Of a DNA stretch of 53,243 nt, positions 38,636 to 48,913 are shown piece by piece; within the stretch, counting starts at the first letter, position 1; the number at the start of each line of letters is the position of its first letter. The stretch is taken from contig MU058790.1 in assembly GCA_013265495.1 (NCBI GenBank), forward strand, positions 210,948-264,190. The letters run 5' to 3'. Source of the stretch: Vicugna vicugna (Eukaryota). Position numbers and translations under genes: made by a program. The notes beneath the pieces are model-generated. The model did no database searches. It worked only from the letters and a program-made list of their open reading frames with translations, and had not been told where the DNA came from.

Positions 38636-39446
38636 GTGAGTTGACTTTGTTGATCATGGCTGAGCTCACCTATCTAAGGCCTTAGAAGGAACATCTGGCT
38701 GACTTGGCTCAACTCCACGTGATGTCTCATCCTCCAGCAGCCTAGCTTATGCCTGTTGACATGACAGAAGTAGGTATGTCAAGTAAGAGTAAAAGAACGC
38801 AAAGTCTCTTGAGGACCAGGCCCATTACTAGTCCTCCATCACTTCCCCATTGTATTCCCCCATTAAGTAGTAAAGCCAGCCCAGATTTAAGAGGTGGGGG
38901 TATAGGCACCATGTCTTGATTAGAGGAGCTGCAAAGTCACATTTTTTTAATGTGGATATAGAGAGAATGGGATAATTATGGCCACTTCTGCAAACAACGT
39001 ACTGCAGTGTTACCGCCATTCATCCTACACTTCCTCGCTCTCTTAGAACCTTTTTCTCTTTTAACGTGGATTAATTTTTAAAAAACATGTATATGTGAAT
39101 TATGTCTGTGTGTATCCAGGTCTGAGAGATGGAACCAAATGTGAGGAAGTCTATTAAAGTCCAGATTCTTCATTGCTTGTGGGTGGACACAAGGTCATCT
39201 CGATCTCCCTTCTTTCTTGCACTCAAGTTCAGTTACACTTACTAGCTTTGATTCAAAACACACCAAGTGCTTTACCACTTTAGAGATTTGCCCATGCCAT
39301 CTTTCTGGAGGTTCTTACCACTTTTCTATTCTTGTGCCAGTTCTCAGTTTTAACCTTCCTTGGAGGACTGTTCTTGATTATTTCATCTAAGCTACATCTC
39401 CTCATTGTACCTTAAAGTAATGTATTTGTAATGTACATTTTTAATG

Positions 39447-39606
39447 TAGTGTTCTCAATTGAGGAGGATGATTTTGCCTTCTAGGGGGCATTTGATAGAG
39501 GCCAGCGACATTGCTAAATATCCTACCATGCCAGGAACAGCCCTGATGCCCCCAAACAGTTAGCCAGTCCAAAATGTCAGTAGTGCTGAGGCTGATAAAA
39601 ATCCTG
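39447..39606. mobile_element. MER20 hAT MITE (internally deleted)
   Basis: gtgttctcaa...gattttgcc...gggggcatttg...agaggccag...tgctaaatatcctac...ccaaaatgtcagtagtgctgagg. Confidence 0.8.
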
Positions 39607-39609
39607 GAT

Positions 39610-40700
39610 TACCTTGAACAGTTAGTAGAAAAATGCCTGTTAAAAGTGCTCTTGGTGAGGGCTCAAAGTGTAGTGAGGAGCATAGTAAAGAAAGCCTGTA
39701 TTGTCTTAAAGAATACTTAAGTTATCCCAGGCAGACTATCGATAGAAATATGAGCATCAAAGGTGTTGCTGGTGAAGGTTTACAAGGAAGTTTGGAACAT
39801 GATATTGGAAATTGGAGGACAGGGGATTCTTGTCACACAGTCACAGAAATCTCAGCTGAATTGTGTCCTATAGTTATGTGGAAAACAGAACTTGTAAGCA
39901 ATGAATTGAAAATTGAGCTGAGCAGATTTCCAAGGGACGTGTTGAAGGCATGCCCTTGTTTCTTCTTGCTACTACTGGTAAAAATGCCAGAGGAAAGACA
40001 TAAATTGAGGGAAGAACCATTAAGCAAAAAGGAACCAGGACTTGAACATATGAGAAATTAGCTGTCTATCCAGATTGCGAGAGACATTAAAATTAGAGGA
40101 TCGACTGTCAGGAAAGTGTCCTGTAGAGATAAAATCAAGGATGTAGGTAGACATTCTTTTGCTAGTACCTCTGAGGGATCCAACATGAGAGTATTCAGAG
40201 GGCTCCTTGGAGCAAAATCAGCTGTGAATCATGGATGACACCAGCCATCTCAGCAGAAGCAAGAACAGAGATGGGATTTCCCAGAAGGGATCTCTGAACC
40301 AGCCTCTTTGTCTAAGGGCCTGAATCCCCAAGACATACATGAGAGACTACAAGATTTTCGAGTATGTTGAATTAGCATTAACAATGCCATCCCTAGAAAA
40401 TGAAATGAAAGAAGGCTGTGGGACTCCCAAAATTTGGCAAGCAGAAAACAGGCTGATAAAACTATTCAGTTGCTAACATGTGCTCCATTCAGAATAAAGG
40501 CAAGATGATTCCGAAGGCGGAGCCTAGCGACTAGAGGGCAGAGCTGCTGAGGACCTATCATGAGATCAGAGGGAGGAGCCTCAAACCACAAAGGATTATT
40601 CCCAGACCTGGAAACCTATGGAGATGTGCCTGCTTGGATCAGGGTCCTTCCTTCCTCCTTTCTCTTTTGGAAGGGAAATAGCTGTAACTCTTATCAGCTG
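39610..40700 (+). mobile_element. MaLR (MLT1-int) internal region remnant
   Basis: ORF 39633-40061 contains IGNWRTGDSCHTVTEISAELCP, similar to the MaLR internal ORF motif GNWRKGDPCYxVAxxLAELC. Confidence 0.8.
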
Positions 40701-41281
40701 TTGATGAACCCAAAACAAAGTGGAAGCACAAAATTAGTGGGGAGGAAAATTAAAATGAGAAAACAATAGAAAGAAACATCTCTTGGTGCTTTGGCCTAGG
40801 ACAGCCAAGAAAAGACACGTCTGGGCTTAAACTGGGTACCGAGTACACTTTTCCCTCTCTCTACCTTATTTCCCTCATTCTGAGAGATTAATTATGGAGC
40901 AACTCATTGTAACTTCTGAAATAATCAGAAGATACTTTTCAAACTGTGTAAAATCAAGACACTCCTAAGAGACATAATAGGAACATGAGTTAAAAGATTC
41001 TACTTACTCAGTGAGGGAATGGGAAAATAATATAACTGGTTCAAAAGAGAATCCAAACATTCAATACAGGAATATTGATCAAGAATATTTCAATGAATGT
41101 GTACGTGGAAGCAAAACTGGTTTTGTTACATCCTGAGAGGGGAACAATTCAATCTCTACTAGACAGGCTGTTGCATAGGTTTGTCAGTAACCTGCAACTA
41201 ACAAAAGGTTGTAAAAGACCTCAAAGACAATGTAAGACTAGAATCAGATAATGTGGTGTGATGTCCTAAAGACAGGGAAAA

Positions 41282-41500
41282 GTTTCCATGGAAACATGCA
41301 TTTATTTCTACAGTGTTAAAGTCAAGCAGAAAATTACCTCCCTCAATATCAGGGTCCAGTCAGAGTGACCAGGTACCGGTCATGGACGTGCGTTGGCTGA
41401 GGCCTGATTAAGGCACAATTGAAACCCGTGACATCCCAAAGTCTAGGATGTCACAGAGGCAGCTTGCTGACCAATGAGGGGCTGAGCTTGGGGATATAAT
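41282..41500 (+). promoter_or_regulatory. H2AP proximal promoter: RFX X-box, paired CRE-like sites, CCAAT box, TATA box
   Basis: Perfect palindrome GTTTCCATGGAAAC at 41282-41295 (RFX X-box consensus). Inverted pair GTGACATCC 41428-41436 / GGATGTCAC 41446-41454. ctgaCCAATga at 41471-41475. TATAAT at 41495-41500, about 90 bp upstream of the ATG. Confidence 0.7.
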
Positions 41501-41586
41501 GAGCAGGGCCCAGTGCAGGTGTCTTGAGAACCCAGTGCTGCAGGGAAGTCAAGCAGAGCTGATTGAAGCCAAAGCCAACAAACATC

Positions 41587-41922
41587 ATGTCTGAGCAACA
41601 AAGCCACTCCTGTCAGACCCCTGCCGATCTTGGAACAACCGAGCTCCAGTTCCCTGTGAGCTACGTGGACTGCCTTCTGCAGGAGGATCAGTATGTCCAT
41701 ACTCTGAGTTCATCCACAACAGATTTTCTCTTCTCCACGCTTGACTACCTGACCGACTACATCCTTGATCTGGTACGCACCGAGGCCAACACTGGCGGCA
41801 TGCAGACCACCTCACAAGATGTGGAGGGAGCAGTTGACAACAACGCAGAGCCCCATCGCCAAGTGAAGGATACAGCCTATGCTCTGTTTGATGAGATGCC
41901 TGGATTCAGAAGGAACGGCTGA
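41587..41922 (+). CDS. H2AP: Short histone H2A variant H2A.P (huntingtin-interacting protein M / CXorf27 orthologue), single exon, 111 aa
   Basis: ATG at 41587 in Kozak context aacatcATGt (A at -3); the track's TTG start at 41563 is unlikely. ELQFPVSYVDCLLQ and TLDYLTDYILDLV align with canonical H2A GLQFPVGRVHRLLR and VLEYLTAEILELA. SQDVEGAVDNNAEPH and the C-terminal LFDEMPGFRRNG match the recalled human H2A.P motifs SQDREREVDNNREPH and LFDEMPKSRKND. No stops or frameshifts; flanked by promoter elements and a poly(A) signal. Confidence 0.93.
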   Translation: MSEQQSHSCQTPADLGTTELQFPVSYVDCLLQEDQYVHTLSSSTTDFLFSTLDYLTDYILDLVRTEANTGGMQTTSQDVEGAVDNNAEPHRQVKDTAYALFDEMPGFRRNG

Positions 41923-42031
41923 AGCCTGGGTCCCAGAGCCTGACAGGAGTCTTCACAGCCTCAGCCTTAGCCACAGCCCCAGCCAACACTTCTCAGCTGA
42001 GGATCCTTGACTTCTATCATCAGCAAATAGT

Positions 42032-42037
42032 ATTAAA
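42032..42037 (+). terminator. Polyadenylation signal ATTAAA of H2AP
   Basis: First canonical-type hexamer, 110 nt after the stop codon, followed by a U/C-rich downstream tract (tggctctgattctgactgctctctgcttctc). Confidence 0.65.
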
Positions 42038-42793
42038 GGATTTAAATCCTTGGCTCTGATTCTGACTGCTCTCTGCTTCTCATTCTCAGTTGAGGCGCCT
42101 GTAGGACATCCAGGAGGGGCTGTGGGGGTTGGGGGTGGAAGGTGTGGTCAGGGTGGGATGCTGGAATCCATGATTTCAGGGAGCGGTTTCCAATGGTGAC
42201 GGTGCGGGGAGTGGTCCTGGTGGGAGGAGCTGGCCAAGGTTGTTGAGGAAGAGGACTTCCACACTGGCTCTGAGGGGGTCCAGGCTTGTGAGGCTGGGAG
42301 GTGGGCGGGGATTCCTAGGCACATTGAATTTCCCAGAGTGATGGTGGTAACGGGGGAGGGGCTGAAAACCGTGACCCGCCGAGGTGCTGAAGGCTTTATT
42401 CATGATGGGGACCCTCTAGAAGTGGGAGGTGATGACAACTGGGGGGTGGGTGCAGGGGATGATGGAGCAGTTGTCGTGAACCTGGTGGGACAGGGCTTGT
42501 ACATGAAGATGGAGGAGTGATGGGGAAACCATGATGAAATACACAGAAAAGAAATTACAGTCTGGTTCATTTCATTTACTTATATTATGCCTCACTCCAA
42601 AGAAAGAATTGAGACAGGTAATATTAGTGCTGTATTTTCTCTGGAACATATCCTTCTGTCCGCTTGGGGACACTAGTAACTTAGGTTGGGCCAGGTTCTC
42701 ACATGATTGCTGGATGCCTAGTCCTCTGGCTGTGCAAACCACGGCCTGCTGAACCTTGTGGGGAGACAGAGGGTGCCATGCAGGGGGAGAAGC

Positions 42794-43106
42794 TGTTGCC
42801 GAGTCCAAACTCATTCTGCTCGCTGCACGACAGGCCAATAAATCAGGAGATGAGGTGTTGGGGCAAGGAATAGCGACTTTATTCGGAAAGCCAGCAGACC
42901 AAGAGGATGGCAGACTAATGTCTTGGAGAACCATCCTCCTCTAGTCAGAATACAGGCTCCTTTTATACAAAAAACAAGGGAAAGGGTGTGGTTGGTTGTT
43001 GTAATCTTCTTACTGCAGGCATTCTTTGCTTTTTCAGCCATCCACGTGGGCCAGGTCATGGTGTCCCTGTAAACCTCCAACAAAACAAAGGTTATTCTCT
43101 ACTACA
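42794..43106 (-). mobile_element. ERV 3' LTR (313 bp)
   Basis: Plus strand begins tgttgccgagtcc and ends ttattctctactaca. Minus-strand TATAAAA at 42961-42967 and intact AATAAA at 42878-42883. Confidence 0.92.
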
Positions 43107-43966
43107 ATTCCCCACTGTCAATATCCATTCCACGATCTTGTGGGAAAAGAGGTGATGACTGCTCTGGCTACTTCCTGCTGAAAAGGGGCGATGAGGGGGT
43201 GATTATGGAATGGAATTGATCAGCCTTGGTCAGGGAACATTCCTGGACATCTTTAGTCAGTAGTATAATCTCTCTCTTTCCTTTTTTTTTCTCTCTCTTT
43301 ATTTACAACTGTTTGATCCTGATAAAACTCCTTGGTATTTTGTTGAACTTGGAGTTTTGGTTCCAGTTCTCAATACATATCTTTAATGTTAATTTTTTCC
43401 ACTGTACCAGAATTACACTAGATTCTTGTGCTATTTAGTTCATCAGAAGACTTAGAATGGTGTCATGATGCCTCCAGGTGACTAGTCCTATAGACACTAG
43501 GGTTTGTCACTCTTTCCATCTCTTCATCTTATAAGCACCGAAGGTGTGGTCTTCTTGGTAATTCAGGCTATTTTCTAAGGTTAAAGTCCTGGGGCCTTCT
43601 CCCTGGAGATTGACTCAGAGACCAAGCATGATTCTAGCTTTCAATTACTGGAATAAAGTAGAAACAGTAAGATCAATAGCTTTAGTTTTAACAGTGGGCC
43701 TGGAACTGTGAGTAGCAACTGGTCAGTCAGGTCAGTTGGAAGGAATAAGCAATCTGTTAGCCTAAGTGCAGCCATTTTATTAATCCTCCTTCAAAATCCC
43801 CACTGTCAGTTTCTGTCATTCCACTTCTATGGAAATAGGGAAGATGGGCGTCGTGTTCTTGCTGAATGAGGGTGTCGTTTGGGGGCCCTTGAAATGGAAT
43901 GAGTGAACTTGATCTTGCTGTGTGGCTGGGGTTCAGAAAGAGCCTTAGGTGCTCGTTTCCCGCACA

Positions 43967-44242
43967 TTACACAATGGAGAACAGTCTAAATATTAGATAC
44001 ATATCAACTCCTGTTAACAGAAATGATAACAGAAATTGTAGAATTCCCATAAGAATGGTTTTGAGACCTTGGGGTATCCATGAAAAGAGGCCAGAAAAAC
44101 AGGTGTTAACTTAGGTTGATATAACTTTTTGCACATATGCATCTGAATCCCCTGCATTATGTATTTGTTGTTTTATGTCCTCCAGGGCAGTTATGATGTT
44201 TCTGGATTTATCTGGTAGGAAAGTACAACAGGCAGTATGAAT
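43967..44242 (-). pseudogene. env: ERV env TM-subunit remnant
   Basis: Translation IHTACCTFLPDKSRNIITALEDIKQQIHNAG...ST*VNTCFSGLFSWIPQGLKTILMGILQFLLSFLLTGVDMYLIFRLFSIV*. It contains the CC end of the CX6CC motif, a heptad segment and a hydrophobic membrane anchor. The immunosuppressive domain and most of SU are absent. Confidence 0.8.
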
Positions 44243-45429
44243 CCAGAAACTCAACAACTACAAGAGGAGAACTTAAACCCGTAAGGTTGTAGCTGCAAGT
44301 TGCCAGCAGACACTGCTTTGAGAATGGATGGTAGCATTCTAATTTTGACAGCGCTCAGAAAACTCAAGTTCTCAGCAATACAGAAGCTTGTCTGAAATCA
44401 CATCTACATTGGTTACCTAGTTTTACCTTGGGTGTCTGAACTACAGTTATTCCAGCTTGATTTTCAAATGCATTTCTCTCCTTAATGGCCAAAGCAGATG
44501 TAATTACCATTAATTATTTTAGTGCTTTCTTAGATATGAGGAGATGCAAGAATTTGGGCTCATAAAATCTTTTCCTGAAAATGTCTAACTATCTGAAGAC
44601 CTGTTCAGCCAGTTTTCCCAGAGCACAGAGTGCCTCATTCCTGGTCTCCACCCTGTCTCCTTTCAGGGTGTGTTGGAGGTCAGTGGCTGCAGTGACTCAT
44701 GATTTAATCCAAGCAGAGGTAGATGGCAAGTGCCAGCGTGATCCAGTCCTTGTAGAGGCAGATGGCGAGTGCCCTTATGATCAGAAATTTGACCATGGTT
44801 TGGCATGACCATTTTGTCCCACGGTGCTAGGAATGCTTATTCCTAGGTCAGGCGAGGATTTTATTGACAGACCACTCAAAGTGCTCTTATGGGACTAGGC
44901 CTTATTAACAGGAGCAAAAATGTCTCTGGACCACCTGTCTTACTAGCCTGTTATGATCCAGGAAAATGTTCCCTCTTGTTGCTTTTTCCATATCTAGACT
45001 TGCACTATTACAGTCATTGGTCTCATACAGAAGTATATATCTGGCCTACTGTTTCAAGTTGCCTAGTCATTATTTTATCAGAGGCTCAGTCACATATTTG
45101 GTAATGTAAGAAGCAACATTTTGTAAAACAGGCAAAATACAAATAATATAGTAAGAAAGAATAAATAAATAAATAAATAAGAATTTAAGCCAAGAACTTT
45201 CATTAGGTGTGGCTCAAAGTATCCCCAGGTCATCTGACTTAATCTGTTCTGTACCAATCCTTATCTTTAAGGAAAATGTTATACAGGCATTGTTCATAAG
45301 CAACGGTATGAGCAATTATCAAAGTCATTGGTATACAGGCCTGGCCTGGTGTCTTGGGTCAGCTGTCTACCTCAGATGTCATCGTCTTCTCATCCTGGCC
45401 TGGTAGCTTCTTCTCTATTTGAGCACTGT

Positions 45430-45690
45430 TTTAAGGTGAGCAGTCCTCTATAGGCCAGTCCAGTGCAGGGGCTCTTTCTGACTGGAAATTAATCCAAAAG
45501 TCAATTTTCTTTAGCTTTTGCTGTGCATGGTCTAGTTAAGAGTACCTGATAAAAGGTCCTTCCATTCAGGCTGAAGATAGTTTTTAAATCATGTCTGTTA
45601 CAGTATGTATAATCCCCTGGTTGCAGGTGGTGGGGCATCTGATCTTCATCCAAGGATAGATTACTGAGAAAGGGATAGTTTACCAAACTG
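45430..45690 (-). pseudogene. pol: ERV pol integrase C-terminal remnant
   Basis: HHLQPGDY, then (frameshifted) LQPEWK, YQVLLTRPCTAK and DFWI, resembling the gammaretroviral IN C-terminus (QPGD.V..K, L.PRWKGPY.VLLTTP.A.K, WIH). Confidence 0.75.
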
Positions 45691-47861
45691 CTGTAAGTCA
45701 TAATTAGCTTGAGAAGAAGGACTTCTTTATATCTGGAGAACACAGATTCAAAGCCAGTAAAAAATGAAAGTTGTAACCATATTCATCAGATTACTCAGTC
45801 CCATGTAACAAATCTTTGTTTTTTGTTAACAGTTTTATGAAATCAGAGTTTTCATCAGACTTTTAAAATTTCTTACCCAATTTAGTTCAGTGCTACAGTT
45901 TGAAATTTATCAGAAACCAGCAAATCTCCTTGAAGAGAAAGCATTTTGCAAAAGCATCAGAATAAAACAATAACTGTCTATAAATGACAAAAGACTTAAA
46001 AGCATGGTTAAACACTTAGTTACACTGTAGTCGATAAGGAAACCTGGTTACAATAACCATAATTATGACTGACAACATTTCAGACATACCATATTTTTAG
46101 GGATTCCATGTAATTTCTAGAATATCCATATTAATAGTATTTTTTCATACAGTATAACCTAGGAAGATTTATTATTCATTTGACAGTACTTCCCATGTCA
46201 TATAACGTACCAAATGAAACTTACTAGTTTAAAATCTCTCTTTGGTATGTTTCAGGGGCCCTCTGAAGCATCCCAGATTTAGCTGGAGGTCAAAAGAATT
46301 CTGATTAAAATTTGGTATTTGGGAAGCTTGTTAAAAATTTCCAAACACTTGGTCAGATAAAAGTATAGGTTACTGTGAAACAGTACTTATTCATAAACAA
46401 TAAAAATATTTCAAGGGTAAATACAGAACAGATCACTTAAGGGATAAAAGAAATTTTACAATCTGTTACTAAAAGCAGATTAACATTTTAAGAAAACTTC
46501 ATTCTCTCAACAGAGACAAAGAGAACCAAATCTAGTCTTGTACCAGCTTACTTTTAAGATTTATTTAATCAACTACATTTATTTTAAACTTAGCCAATCC
46601 AGACCATGTACAAAACTCTTTTCTTAGGGTTCCTCTTTCACAAACCTTCCACAACTTTCTGTATCCATCTTATTTTGTCCCTTATTTTCTTTTCCATTCA
46701 GAAGCAACCAGCTTTAGGAAAAAAGTCACTGTTTTTCATTCTTAACAAAATATAATTCCATTTCTTATACATTCTTTTACTGAAAACATTCATCTTACTT
46801 TCCTAGCATACTGAAATGTTTCCCTTAGTAGTAGGGAATATTTCAGGGTGGCACCAAACATACATTAATATTTCTAAATGTCTTTAGTTTCTCTGTAAGA
46901 GGAAGTCAGTATTCAGCAATTAATGTTTATCTTACTTTATCTGAAAATGACCTAGCTATTTAATAAACGTTCATCATTTAACTTAATTTAGCACAATTCT
47001 AAAACTTTTAAGTTTCCAAACATATGGGGCGATCATTTGAACAGACATTCCTGAAATAATCATTCCGAAAGAGTTTACCCAAAGGCTCTTTCTCACTTGC
47101 AAGAATATTATATCAAGTTATTTTTCTTGCTGACAAATTTGTAACAGATATGACAAGGTCTTATTGGACTTCTATTAAACCTAAATACAATAGAAGTATT
47201 ATGCTTACCATTAATGAATCTAAAGACATGTCTATATTAATCAAACCAATAGGCTTAAACTAGCTTCAAATACCAGGTATCGATTCAGTACTGAATATTT
47301 TTTTAGATCACGGGAACCTGATTTTCATTCTGGCCAGTTTTTTTTTCTGAGTATTTATATAAGCATTTAATCTTTTTTAAAGCCAATTAAATAGAGCTCT
47401 TTTACAAATTAACTTTGGCAATGCCACGTTATCTACAGCACACATATAGGTACGTACAAACACAGAGACCTCATAGTTCCCATTTCAAAATTTTAGCCAT
47501 GAGTCATGTACAACAATGTAAGACTCATCAGTTATAAGAGGTTGGATTCAAAATTGGGTTTCTGGCAGATAGAACAAATCAAAGTTGCCTGTATAGATAG
47601 CTAAACATTTTTACTAACTTCTGTGGAAGACATTTAAGATGTCTATTTATTTCCAAATTACTCCCTTTCTCAAAATTTGCATTCCAGAGGTCATAACAGC
47701 AGTTGAGTCATTGCTACTGGGACAGAAATTTAGAAGTTAGAAGTTAGAAAGTCCACTAGTTGAGACCGCACTGTCAGTTGTACCTAAGGCTCTTGGGTGG
47801 CAGTTGTTACATGGGTCTTTAAAATGGCTAAGAACCCTGGGCCCTGTCAGTCATGACCTTC

Positions 47862-48134
47862 CTCATTATGGGATTTCATAAAGTCTTGTATATATGGTAT
47901 TTCTTCCAACTTACCTTTTCTCTGGCAAAACAGATCTAACTGGAGAATGGTTTAGTAATTTAACAACCCATTTTCAGGCCAGTGTTCCCTAGAGCCTAAA
48001 GTGTACATTACTCAAGCAGTGTTACAGTAAAATGCCATCTTTTCCTTAGTCATAGGCTCACAGCCATATTTTCCCTGTTTGTTTAAGACACGCCCCAAAG
48101 GGCTTTCCTTAGGGACAGATGGAGTACTTCCCAC
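47862..48134 (-). pseudogene. gag: ERV gag matrix (MA/p15) remnant
   Basis: One frame reads (GTG)GSTPSVPKESPLGRVLNKQGKYGCEPMTKEKMAFYCNTA*VMYTLGSREHWPENGLLNY*TILQLDLFCQRKGKLEEIPYIQDF. This matches the HERV-W/ERV9/H-type MA motifs FCxTAW, WPxxG, ILQLDLFC and EVPYVQ. Start codon degraded, two in-frame stops. Confidence 0.88.
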
Positions 48135-48573
48135 ATCTATAAGTTTAAGAACAACCAGACACAAAAGTGCAAACAAACCCCAATACCAAGAACACAAACA
48201 AAGTATGACATGACTGAACACAACACTGAAGCAAATGAACTGATTCACAGATCAGGTGAAGTCCAACCACTGTTTCCCCTCTCCAACAGGGTACCCCACT
48301 TAAAATACAAAACAAATTGGCTTCTTCAAGAGAAAAAGCTCCAAATGGAGAGGAATAGTTCCTGGCTGTACACACCAGAGCGACTCACCCTACTATATGG
48401 AGCCCGTCGGCCCCCAAATGTCGATTCCTTGCTCCAGCTGCCAAGCGCTGGGGCAGCAGGTGCCGCGTCAGGGAATTTTGAGGGGAAGGTCCTCAGGATA
48501 AGTGGTCCTGGCAGCTGCTAGGGCCTCACCTGAAAATTCCCCAAACGGGGCCGGCTGGCCACAAGCAGCAAGG

Positions 48574-48592
48574 CTCCTGGCTGGCTTCGCCA
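48574..48592 (-). other. Retroviral primer-binding site for tRNA-Arg(ACG)
   Basis: Plus strand CTCCTGGCTGGCTTCGCCA equals the 3' end of tRNA-Arg(ACG) (CTCCTGGCTGGCTCG-CCA) with one extra T, and sits 4 nt from the 5' LTR end. Confidence 0.85.
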
Positions 48593-48596
48593 AAAT

Positions 48597-48913
48597 TGTT
48601 GCCGAGTCCAAACTCGTTCTGCTCACAGCACGACAGGCCAATAACTTGGGAGACCAGGTGTTGGGGCAAGGAATAGCGACTTAATTCTGAAAGCCAGCAG
48701 ACTGAGAGGATGGCAGACTAATAATGCCTTGGAGAACCATCCTTCTCTAGTCAGAATACAGCCTCCTTTTATACAAAAAAACAAGGGAGGGGGTGTGGTT
48801 GGTTGTTGCAAACTTCTTGCTGCAGGCATTCTTTGTTCTTGCAGCCTTCCACGTGGGCCAGGTCATGGTGTCCCTGTAAACTTCCAACAAAACAAGGGTT
48901 ATTCTCTATTACA
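48597..48913 (-). mobile_element. ERV 5' LTR (317 bp)
   Basis: Manual alignment to 42794-43106 gives about 27 substitutions plus 2 indels. Minus-strand TATAAAA at 48767-48773. The poly(A) hexamer is mutated to AATTAA (48681-48686). Confidence 0.92.

Larger units (their letters stand above)
42794..48913 (-). mobile_element. Defective, non-autonomous class I endogenous retrovirus (ERV1-like) provirus
   Basis: Two direct LTRs with TG...CA ends, PBS next to the right LTR, purine-rich tract next to the left LTR. gag, pol and env remnants lie in the correct order on the minus strand. Probable 4-bp TSD aagc (42790-42793) / gagc (48914-48917) with one mismatch. Confidence 0.93.

Noticed and set aside
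39633..40061. 142-aa ORF upstream of H2AP as a domesticated gene
   Set aside because: It matches decayed MaLR internal sequence, appears to drift between frames relative to the typical motif, and has no promoter or poly(A) support.
41563..41586. N-terminal extension of H2A.P from the TTG start in the ORF track
   Set aside because: TTG starts are a prokaryote-style call. The ATG at 41587 has a good Kozak context and matches the MSE start of orthologues.
43967..44242. Syncytin-like captured env gene
   Set aside because: Only the distal TM part remains, with an in-frame stop; there is no signal peptide, furin site, fusion peptide or immunosuppressive domain.
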